Shown here piece after piece: positions 24,401-33,768 of a stretch of DNA of 33,768 bases; position 1 is the stretch's first letter, and every line of letters begins with the position of its first letter. This DNA comes from Klebsormidium nitens (taxonomy: Eukaryota > Plantae > Klebsormidiophyceae), in NCBI GenBank assembly GCA_000708835.1, contig DF237723.1:1-33768 (forward strand). Direction: 5' to 3'. Both the position numbers and the translations under genes were made by a program. The notes beneath the pieces are model-generated. The model was not told the origin of the DNA and did no database searches. It saw nothing but the letters and a program-made list of their open reading frames with translations.

Positions 24401-25980
24401 AGTTGACACCTGGCATATAGCCCGCTAGGTACTTTGTTCGGAAACCCTTTCTCTCCTGAAAACCGCTCGCATGATCATCGTTCTTCAGTCACGGTGTGCC
24501 CATCTGTGCAGTAAGCTTTGGCACAATGACCTGATCAGATCGTCGAAAGAGGTGGCAAGGCTTGCAAAAACAATGACAGGTGTTGCGGTCGGAATGAAAA
24601 TCGCAACTGAGGAGCGCGGCGCACTTCTGTGAGGTCGTCCGGAAGGTGGAACGTTTCGCGAATCTCCTCAGGCGTCTTCCCCTCAATCATGCGCGCAAGC
24701 GCACGGCTCGTGAGGTCCACCAGCGGCTTCATGTCCAGGCTGTCTGCCGCTGACGTCAGCTCGCACAGCACGCGCGTGTCCAGCCGGATGAACTTTTCGT
24801 CAAAGATCTTGCGCTCCTGGGGACAGCATGGAGTGAATGACTAATCAAAGCCAAGCTCTGGAGTAGCCGATTGAGATACGAGTTCAATATTGTCTTCATA
24901 GCACCAAGTGTCCAGCTGGCCGAGCCATTAGTAGTTGTTGTGCATCAGTGCCGCAAAAAGACGTTTTCATAAACCGTTGGAGTGCTGCTCTAGGAAAAGA
25001 ATGGCGTTTGTGTCAAGAGAGGGATGAGAGATCAGTGCAAGAAAAGGCGACCCAAAGAAGGCTCCAGGTACAAACAACACTTGGGAGGCTAGCACGCTTT
25101 TAAAGCAATCAATGCAATCACTTGACAGCAAGCGGACCAGTAAAGTTCTCATAAGCGTACCTTGTCCGAGCGCCCCGAGACGCGATGGAAGCGGCAGTAC
25201 TCGAGGATAAGCTTAAGCACCGCGGGGCTGACTTGCTTGGGAAGCGCCACCGGGGAGTCGCGGCTGTAGCCCCGCCCATGGCGGTTCACCTCGCGGTGGA
25301 CGTATGGCGAGAGCAACGCGACGTCCTTCTCCACCTTCTCGATGTCTCCGTCCACCGTTTGGATGAAGACGTACCCCGTCGGCTCCTGCATTAGGAGAGG
25401 GGCAGGTATGACTGCTGTCTCAAGGAACTGGGGACTTGAAGAGCTGAAGAGGTGTCGTCCTTGACGGTAGCGAACCGGGTGGTTGTCATATGCATCTTTC
25501 AAAGTGATGACTTTCTTGTCACATTAGGCCTGAAAAAGCATTGGCCATTTCGGGTAACCAGCTGCAAGCAGCCACTGCAAGAGTGGATTGGAGAACTTCC
25601 AGGTTTGCTCTCTTTGACCAATGGAGGGGCACCCTTGATGGAGTAGCTATCCAAGTTCCTGACTTCTCTGCCAGTCTCAATTCCACACATGCTCGTACTC
25701 CTGCCTCGAACGCTAGGCCACCACTCACCGAGTGCACGACCATCGCCCCCACACCTTCTCGGTCGCCCGACGCTCGTCCGGTGCCCGTCTGCGACTGCAC
25801 AATGCTGTGAGGTACGGAAGCATTTCCCTTTGAGGCACTTCCTTCCGGTCCCTCGGCAGCCCCTTCAGAGTGGCCATTCTCGTGCAGGGGGGATGCACCA
25901 GGCATACCCTTACCGAGCGCCGCTTCTAGAGGCCCCGGTGTAGAAGCATCCTTGCTGCTTCTGGGCATGGCAGCATCCAT
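21496..25980 (-). CDS. Type II SKP1-like protein (ASK20/ASK21-like) with long N- and C-terminal extensions, ~767 aa as modelled
   Basis: Core exons 25385-25161, 24816-24625, 24366-24256 and 24038-23880 are firm (FDEKFIRLDTRVLCELTSAADSLDMKPLVDLTSRALARMIEGKTPEEIRETFHLPDDLTEEEKLEP, RLLNRLYARKRKEL, RSVEALLQFI). Exons 25980-25699, 23578-23507, 23282-23113 and 22588-21496 are inferred from splice signals and phase. SDWTERMQEIL matches the ASK20/21 tail motif. Confidence 0.85.
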
Positions 25981-26848
25981 TTGCAAAGCGCATCACACGC
26001 GTCTCTCCTAGTAGGATTGTTGTGAACAGTCTCATTGAGCAGACAGCATGCGGCGGTGCCAGAAAATCATTTCTCTGGCTCCTAGGACCGCTGGGTGGGG
26101 ACAAGCGCAGAAATGCAACGAGACGCCTACAGTTGAACTCAGAGCGGGTCCTTTGTTACAAGAACAAAGAGGGGGCAATGTGCCACCGCAGTCGTGGCCG
26201 CTGGTCCAATGCACGGGAGTCTCTGCAAGTATCCCAATGTCACGTTCACACCCTCCAGGTTGCTGGTACAACCAATCTTCAGAGATTGGGATTATAAGCA
26301 TGGGCCAGATTCTCATGCTTCATAGCCAACCCTAGCTTAAAAGTCCTCCCCTATGCCGCCACCAAGGGTATGTATCAATACAGAACTTGTACAGACTAGG
26401 AATCATGAAGGTCTCAGGTCTGCTGCCCTCCCACCACAAGCTTCACTTTTGATTGACACTAGATTTGCACTTTCTTTGGAGAGTCACGTAGCGCCGCGGG
26501 TGGATAGAGTCCAGCGTTGCAGAGGGTGAGCATGAAAACAACCGCAAGAGTGTCAAGGGGTTTGAAGAGGACGTTCGTTTGAAGAGCGAGCAAAAAAGGG
26601 TTTCAGATTCAATGGCGTCTTTTCAATTCTTGATTGGTGATTCAACTTCAAGCGAGGGCGGCAACTAGAAAATTGTTGGACTCTGTTAGCAGAGAACGTT
26701 ACCTAGCCTCAGGGACTCTGTAGGCCGAAAGTGACTGAGAGAGGGCTTTAACGTTCAACGTTAATTCTTCTTTGCGCCTATCGAAAGGCAATCAGAATCA
26801 TCAGGATAAAAAGCTTCTGCCGCTGAACTTGGAAAAGCTGGAGGCAAC
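25981..26848. promoter_or_regulatory. Head-to-head promoter region of SKP1-like and PTB (~870 bp)
   Basis: Divergent start codons only; no TSS can be located from sequence. Confidence 0.45.
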
Positions 26849-29800
26849 ATGACGCGGGACACGGATGGAAACCCAAACTTTAGGTACTCGCAGCCACCGT
26901 CGAAGGTGGTGCATGTGCGGAACCTGCCTTGGGGGACGACGGAGGAAGAACTGATCGAGATGTGCAAACCCTTTGGGAAAGTGGTCAACACGAAGCTGAA
27001 TGTTGGAGCCAATCATAATCAGGCTTTTGTTGAGATGGTGAGCACAAGTATGTCGAAAGCCGAAACAATTTGTGGAGTTCAGTGAACTTATGCCTTTCCT
27101 GTGTGAGTTCGTGCTTATTGCAGAGTTCGATTGAATTCCATTTGCACATTGCATCTGGATTTGCATTCCATTTGCGCATTGCATCTGGAACAATCCACCA
27201 TTACCCAATTGTGTAGACATTCTTGTGACGTTTTCTGGATTGTTGTTCATTGATCGAGTCTTCAATGTTTGCTTGCAGGAGAGCTTGCAGCAAGCTGTGC
27301 AGATGGTAGGCTATTTCCTCTCCTCGTCAGAGCCAGCGCAAGTCAGGGGTAAGGCCGTCTACCTCCAGTACTCGACACGGCAGGAAATTGTCGCGACCAG
27401 GAACACAGGGGATGCCCCCAGCAACGTTCTCCTCGTGTCGATAGAAGGTGTGGAAAGCGGCCAAGTCAGCATTGATGTGCTCCATCTGGTGAGTCGGTTG
27501 TGGTTGTCTTACACAAGTTCTTATCCAGTCATGCGCTCATAAGAGCTTGTGCTGCAGAACTTCCTTGCTTGTCCGAGCACGCTGGCAGGGTGCGTGCCTT
27601 TTTACCTGGAAAGTATGCAAGCAGCATGTGCTCACGCCGACCTTTCGTCTTGTCTGCGTGTCTAGTTCAAAAGGGTGGGCAGGGATGGCAAGGCACCTGC
27701 CCTGATCCAACGAGGCTCCACTTGTCGGAGAAATAACAGTGTGTCCCATAAACCCCTTACCCTGCTCACCTCCCCCTCCCCCCTCCTCCCCGTTGGATTG
27801 TGTAACCCTAAAATACGTTGGTTCGGTTCTTGGTTGCAGAGCAGCTAGCTTCATGCTCGCAAATTGATGTTGCCTGTATGCCTGTCTGGATTGTTTGTAT
27901 CTTTGGCTGCGAGATCTTTGTTATCGTTGGATCGCAGCAGGATCACACCCATGTCCTTTGCTGTCCAATTTGACTTCACTTCTCTCAGAGAACAGTCTTT
28001 GTTCCAGATGTTTCTTTGAGGCCCTGCTGGCAGGATCTTCTTGTTTGCATAATCAGTTATGTTGGCAGCTAGACTTTGCTTTGGTATTCACAGGGCAAGC
28101 TCTAGCGAAAATGCTGTCTTTCAAAGCTCAAATGGTTGTGAACTTTGTCCTACTTTAATTTGGAGCTCTCAGGGATTTGCCATGCATGTCGGGCTCTAAC
28201 TGGTGTGCCCTTGCTTGACAGGTGTTCTCAGCGTTTGGCTTTGTCCACAAGATTGCAACGTTTGAAAAGCAGGCAGGTTTTCAGGTGAGTGAGAGCAATG
28301 AGCGCCAGCAGATGTTGCATTGATGCGTCGTGCTTGTTCTGATCTTGCTTGCGACCAATTGTAGGAGTGCAGCAGAGGACGTGCTAGCATCATGGATTGC
28401 CCACAATTTGAGCCCTTTCCTCTCTTCTGGTGCAGGCTTTGGTCCAGTTTGGGGACCACAAAACAGCAGAGCAGGCAAAGAATGCACTGGAAGGCAGGAG
28501 TATACCCCGGTGAGTGGCTTTAAAGAAGGCTAATGCAGTTTGTGTATGACACACTGTCGTGTTATCGTCTTGTGTGCAATCAGCGAACTGTATATGCAAA
28601 TACTGTTTCTGTTGATGTGTCGTGTTGCTAGACTGGTGTCTGAGGGAGTTCTGGCCTGTTGGTCGCTACACCCTGTTGCCCTCTCTGTGACTTAGCGGTT
28701 TTAGATGACCTCCGGCGCCGCAACTACCAGGAGCGAACGCTCTTTTATAGCAGCTGGGATTGAATTTTAAGCCTGACAGGATTAGTTCTCTTTGCAGATA
28801 CCTCCTGTCAGACGACGTGCCTCCCTGTACGTTTCGCATCACCTTTTCTGCTCACCAAGATCTTAGCGTCAAATTTCAGAGTCATCGAAGCAGGTGAGTG
28901 GTACTAAGGTCGCTAAGACAGGGGTGTTATTCTTTTCCACACAAGCAAATTGAAGAGCAACCAACTCGGTTCTGCCAGAGGTTGTCAGTGAACCAATCTG
29001 CAAATATGCTTTGAACCCGCAGCTGTGTCCGTCTTGTCATGTTGACCCGCTCCCAAGTGCTGGTTTCTGAATCTGCTAAGTTTGCCACACCCGCTTTGGA
29101 GTGCCTTTCATTAGAGACACCGTTGTTTGCTGCAGCCCCTACAAACAAACGTTTTGTTTCGCTGCAGAGACTACACAAACCCGTACCTTCCGGTTGCGGC
29201 TTCAGCTAATGATCCAAGCCTGGGGTCACAGAAAAAGGAGCCGGAGAGCAACGTTTTATTGGCGTCGATTGAGAACATGCAGTACGAGGTCACCTTAGAC
29301 GTGCTTCATACGGTATGTGGAACAGAGGTTTTCATGGCAACAAGGCTTGTCGCGCCCCTGTTCTGAGGCGCTGCAGGGCTCACACATCAATGCTGTATGT
29401 CACATGCGTGGGTTCTGCATAGATTCTGCGACCTCTGCGAGATTTTGGATCAGTCTATCTTGTTGACAGACTTGCCTGCAGAAAATGCTTCTGATCCGAG
29501 ATGTTTTGCCGTGTGCAGGTTTTCTCGGCGTTTGGTTTTGTGCAGAAGATTGCCATCTTCGAGAAACAGGCCGGCTTTCAAGCCTTGGTCCAGTACCCAG
29601 GTGAGAGCAGCATCGTGACGATCCCAGCAGGACTTTGGCATACAGGGTTTCTGATCTCTGAGAGTCTGCTATGTTGCCTTCAGCAGGAACCCTCGTTCGA
29701 GAGGATTTCGAAGTACGCAACTTGGTGAAATCAGTCAATGTACGATCTGCGCTTCTCGACTACAAGCAAGCTGCACGTCGAGGGGCCTCTCCTGCTCCCT

Positions 29801-31838
29801 GCTCTTTTCCATGAGGTTTTCTGGTGAATTTCTGTCTTTATCGCGGAAAATACGGGGGAAAACCGATTTATTTGCCCCAGTAAAGTCCGCGGCGGACGGT
29901 TGGTGTCATGTACGGGTTTGGTTGCGCTGGGGCACCAATCAAAAAAGATCGCGGAAGGAGATTCTTCAGAGTTTTTGTCACCAAAGCTGTCGAAGAAGCA
30001 AAAGCTGACTGACTATTTCTGCTTGCCCTCAGATGTGGCAACGGCGGCGGCTGCCAAAGAGCATCTAGAAGGGCACGCGATCTACGATGGGGGCTACTGC
30101 GTGATTCGGCTCAACTTCTCTCGGCATACGGACCTCAACATCAAGGTGAGCCACAGACGGCTCTCCAGACCGGAAAAGCCCTGCAACCGATGCTTGTCCT
30201 GTGTTCGTCTGAAAGTGAGGCTTGAGCAGGTTTTCTTGAAGATTGTTAGGGTTATCGCCTGTGGATCAGATTGTAACTTGGAGCAGAGATTCGATCTTCT
30301 GAAAGCCCTCGAGATTGGCGAGGAGAGTAGAGAAGAACGGAGCATGGGAAAGACGGGGCTTCAACTTTTGAAGGAAGACTTTCACAGTGGGACCCAGGAG
30401 TTGGACTGCCTCGCAATGAGCCGGGCCCGCGCTTTGCGGTTTTCTCGCTCCTTTTCCATCCAACCTGAGCGCCCCTTTCCTTTTTTCCCGCAGGCAAACA
30501 ACGACCGCAGCCGCGACTTCACCAACCCCACCCTCCCCCAGCAGGTCGCCGGCGCGCAGGCCGGCCTCGAGCAGCAGTTTAACGCTCCGAACCCCCTCTT
30601 CGACCCCAACGACCTGGCCTACAACACCAGTTTCGCCGCCCAGCGGGGAGGCGCCCCCGCTGGCGGGCCGCCGCGCCCTCCTGGGCCCCCGGGGGTTCCC
30701 CCCGGGCAGGGGCCTTACATGGGTGGACCTCACTACGGCCCTCGGCCGGGAGGTCCGGGGTACGGGCCGCCGGGACCAAGGGGAATGCCTGGGCCGCCGG
30801 GGCCGCCGCCGAGGGGTCCACCTGGGGGTGGTCAGCCAGGTACGCTTTCAAAGGAGTCAGGGAAATGATCTGAGTATCCTGCGAGAAGTTTTTGTTGTCA
30901 TAGCATCGGCACCCGTTTTTGGGAAGACTCGCCCGTCATCATCGTGAGCGCTGGTTAGTTGGGTGACCTACACTTTTGATCATTAACAGAACCGGGTGCC
31001 ATTTTTTTGGACTCGTTTCTGCGGCAGCAGATCTCACATCTTGGAATCACCGCCTTGTGGGAGTGCCTTCGCTTCATAGATCCAACCGAGGAGGTCTTGT
31101 TGGTGACTGCGCATCTAACTGCGATTGAGATTGAGTTTCCCGGGCCCTGTCGGAAGGTGGTCCCGACTTCCGGTTGCTAGATTATCTTTCTCACTTCGCA
31201 GCGGTCACGTTCAGTTGTGCATTTATCTACTTATTGGGAAGTGCATAGGAAGCAAATGGCGCTGGGAATAGGAAAGGGGGTTCAGGGGCACATTCTGGCG
31301 AGGCTGTCCGGCAGAGGGCTTTGAACGCTTTCTGAAGTTCACGGGAGTAGTCGTGAGATGTTTGCATTGGATGCGGCTTGAAGTTCCCGGCTTTCCCTGG
31401 AGTTTTCCCGTAAACCATTTCACTCTCCCATATCTCTGGCCGTGCTTCTGATTTCCAACATTGCGAGCAGTCCAATCCAAACTGCAGCTATGGCATTAAC
31501 GACCGCTGAGCGAAAGTGGACAATTGGCGGAGCCTTGCAGCGTCCTTGGAGACTAGATTGCTTCTACCTAAGCGGGCAGCCAGCCGTAATTAAGATGTAA
31601 CTCAGACGTGCCTTCCCTAAACGTCTTGTCATATGCAGGCTACATGCCAGCCGGTCCTCCAGGGCCACCTCCACCAAGACCGGGCTTCGGTGGGCCGCCC
31701 GGGCCTCCTCCCCCTGGTTACCGGGGGCCCCCGCCTCCGGGTGCTCGGCCTCCGTACGGCGGCCCGCCTCAAGGGGGCCCGCCAGGCCCACGGCCGAATG
31801 GCCCACCCCCTGGAGGCCCCCCTGGTACCGGATATTGA
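26849..31838 (+). CDS. PTB: Polypyrimidine tract-binding protein, plant PTB1/PTB2 type (3 RRMs plus Pro/Gly-rich tail), 10 exons, ~505 aa
   Basis: Exons 26849-27037, 27279-27488, 28222-28284, 28436-28509, 28798-28893, 29168-29312, 29519-29600, 30033-30145, 30494-30839 and 31639-31838 (1518 nt, all GT-AG). Motifs: PSKVVHVRNLPW, NVLLVSIE, VFSAFGFVxKIAxFEKQAGFQALVQ (twice), SAHQDLSVKFQSHRSRDYTNPYLP. Confidence 0.95.
27135..27189. repeat. Two-copy 25-bp direct repeat in PTB intron 1
   Basis: ATTCCATTTGC[A/G]CATTGCATCTGGA at 27135-27159 and 27165-27189. Confidence 0.85.
27840..27875 (+). other. Candidate 36-nt poison cassette exon in PTB intron 2
   Basis: ttcttggttgcag|AGCAGCTAG...GCCT|gtatgc, with an in-frame TAG at 27846-27848 and an upstream C/U-rich tract at ~27750-27791. 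Confidence 0.4.
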
Positions 31839-32191
31839 TGCTAGAGCAATGCATAAAGCAAATAGGTCGCCACTATCAATGTCTTGTGCGTCTTAGCTTG
31901 TCTGGGATATATGACGTTTGGTGCTTCGTTTACGTGCGGTCAAGATGCGCCTCAGAAGAGACGTGAACTCCGTTGTGGAGGTTTTAGCACGATTAAAATG
32001 CTCTGCTTTCGACCTGCTTAGTGAGCTATTCGATGCAACCCAGGATGTATGATTCTGAGAAGATGTTGACAAGCACTGCACACACTCGCCTGCAAGAGAA
32101 CTCGCGAGCGCTGATGAACTGAGAAATATTCTGGATGGTCATCATTGCACATCATCGGATCATCTGGAATTACTAGTATCGCAATTTGGTG

Positions 32192-32648
32192 CATGTCGTA
32201 GGTACTGCCCCGGAGCTCCGCCCATGAAAGCTTTCAGGCGCTCACCGAAAAGGTCACCGACCAGACACGATGACCTATTCGAAGTCTTCCTGCAGTGCAA
32301 GTGGCGCATAGCGCAGTACGGTAAAAGCCGAATCGAAATGGGCGTGATCGGCGCCAAGCATATACATATCTAGTTGCATGTGGATTTGCAGCTAGTCACT
32401 GTCAATTCCTGCATGCGCAGTCCGGGGCCCCCAATTATATATATGCACTGCATACATTAATCCGGGGACGCAATTTATATTGCAGTCAATTGAGTACCGG
32501 TATACGATCTTGACCCAAAAAGAAAAATAATTGGGAATATACTGCCACTGGCACAAATTGTCGCATGGTGACTGTATTTGGAATGATGAGGGCGACGGTG
32601 CCAGCATGCATGTGCATCCGTCGATCGCGCTGTTGACCATGACCATGG
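32192..32648. other. CATG-rich convergent-spacer segment 4 (PTB/HAD)
   Basis: 9 CATG in ~460 bp. Contains CATATACATAT 32359-32369, GCATGCATGTG 32604-32614 and ATGCATGTGCAT 32606-32617. Confidence 0.65.
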
Positions 32649-32812
32649 AGTGATTGAATAACGTTAAGGTGCCTGACATTCAAGCTGAAAGGCTATTCAA
32701 TTTGAGAATCTAGAAGCCACGTGCTTCTACGCCTATTTCCAATGTAGAATACCCTGCATCAGCGTGCACCTCATATTAATGACCCTTACAACACGCAAGC
32801 ATGCCATGTAGC

Positions 32813-33383
32813 TCAGTTCGAAATAAGTATCCGAGGAAGTTGTTCTAGGTCGATTTGTGAAAGAGAGGAGAGTACGAGGTCAGCTTCGGGTTCCAACGAC
32901 GACCTTGGAAGTGTGTTCGTGACCCCAATAGCTAACGCGCCTGCAGCTTTTGCAGCTCTCAACCCAAGCACTGCATCTTCTATGATGACTGCTTCAGCTG
33001 GATTACTGCATCCTAGACGTTTCATCACTTCCACTGCACCGCAACACATGATGGGATGAGAAAGAATTACCATTGAGACAAAGCCAGGCAATCTTGGAGC
33101 AGCACTGAAAAGAAAATGTGTTTCAAAACCTCACGGTCAAGAAGTAAAAGCTAAGCCACAGCTAAATGTAAAGAGTCGAGTACGCAAGACACGCAATTGG
33201 AACAACAGCACTAAAAGGCTTACGGTAGACGTCTGGAGCGGGCTTGCCCGCCCGCACTTCGGTGGCGCTGACAACGTGGTCAACCTCAAAGGCGTCAGCC
33301 AGGCCCACTGCTCGAAGATTGTGCCAGATCTTTTCGAGCGTCCCGGACGAACCCACTCCAACCCGTATGCCCAACGCTTTGGC
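32813..33383 (-). CDS. HAD-superfamily hydrolase (CbbY/beta-PGM-like, subfamily IA), last two exons only; 5' exons not found in the window
   Basis: Exons 33383-33224 and 33033-32813, phase-1 GT-AG join. Product: ...LGIRVGVGSSG...VVSATEVRAGKPAPDVY(L)EVMKRLG...AVIIEDAVLGLRAAKAAG...; contains HAD motifs II-IV (SS, KPAPD, ED). Confidence 0.88.
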
Positions 33384-33768
33384 CTGCAAACTAGCAGAAA
33401 CCACCAATAAGGGTTGGCCCAGCTATTCAAGTTGAGAGTAACTGTAACGATTACGATTGGTTAAGCCTAACCTCGTTCTCGACAGGATTTCGTTGACCGC
33501 GAGTTAGCGAAACGGCGGTGGTTACGTCTTAACGACGCACTGCGTGGCTGTCTGCAAGACGGCGTAATATCCCGGATGGATCGGCTTCAGTGAGCCGATG
33601 TCACCGTTCAGGATAAGTTGTGTTCGGCTTCGCCGTTCGATGCAGCCAAGCTTATCTGTGCTCTGCACAGCTTGCGTGGCTGGTCTTGTCAAAGGTAGTG
33701 GACAAGAGAGAGCTATACGATTAGCCGCATAATCCACGTTGTATGTGGAGCTGTATGCTATTGATGTG

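Noticed and set aside
26612-26668. 18-aa uORF (MASFQFLIGDSTSSEGGN) upstream of PTB
   Set aside because: The TSS is unknown, so it may lie outside the transcript; no conservation evidence is available.
31190-31519. Short inverted-repeat arms in PTB intron 9
   Set aside because: Only ~20 bp of gapped complementarity across ~270 bp; within chance.
33522-33737. Upstream exon of the HAD gene
   Set aside because: The frames I checked gave no HAD motif I (DxD) or cap-domain-like sequence; treated as intron.

Overview
Intron-rich eukaryotic nuclear DNA with GC-rich exons. It is most consistent with a streptophyte alga such as Klebsormidium (inference: plant-type PTB1/2, type II SKP1 and GT61 occur together with the mevalonate-pathway gene MVD, which most chlorophytes lack). 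Hand splicing gives 7 complete genes and 1 partial gene in strictly alternating orientation: GT61 glycosyltransferase (+), mitochondrial-type ribosomal protein L25 (-), an 80-aa four-exon microprotein not recovered by the ORF track (+), mevalonate diphosphate decarboxylase (-), IMPACT/YigZ protein (+), ASK20/21-like SKP1 (-), PTB1/2-like RNA-binding protein (+) and the 3' part of a HAD hydrolase (-). The main unexplained structure is that all four tail-to-tail spacers carry a 400-650 bp segment about 5-7x enriched in CATG and sharing 11-13-mers, which is not evident in the head-to-head spacers. Other notable items: a ~110-bp-arm intronic inverted repeat biased toward sense-strand G:U pairs, a candidate PTB poison exon, two inferred GC-AG introns and a ~33-bp intronic minisatellite. 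No tRNA, rRNA, CRISPR array or coding transposon was recognised. All counts and splice models are by hand.
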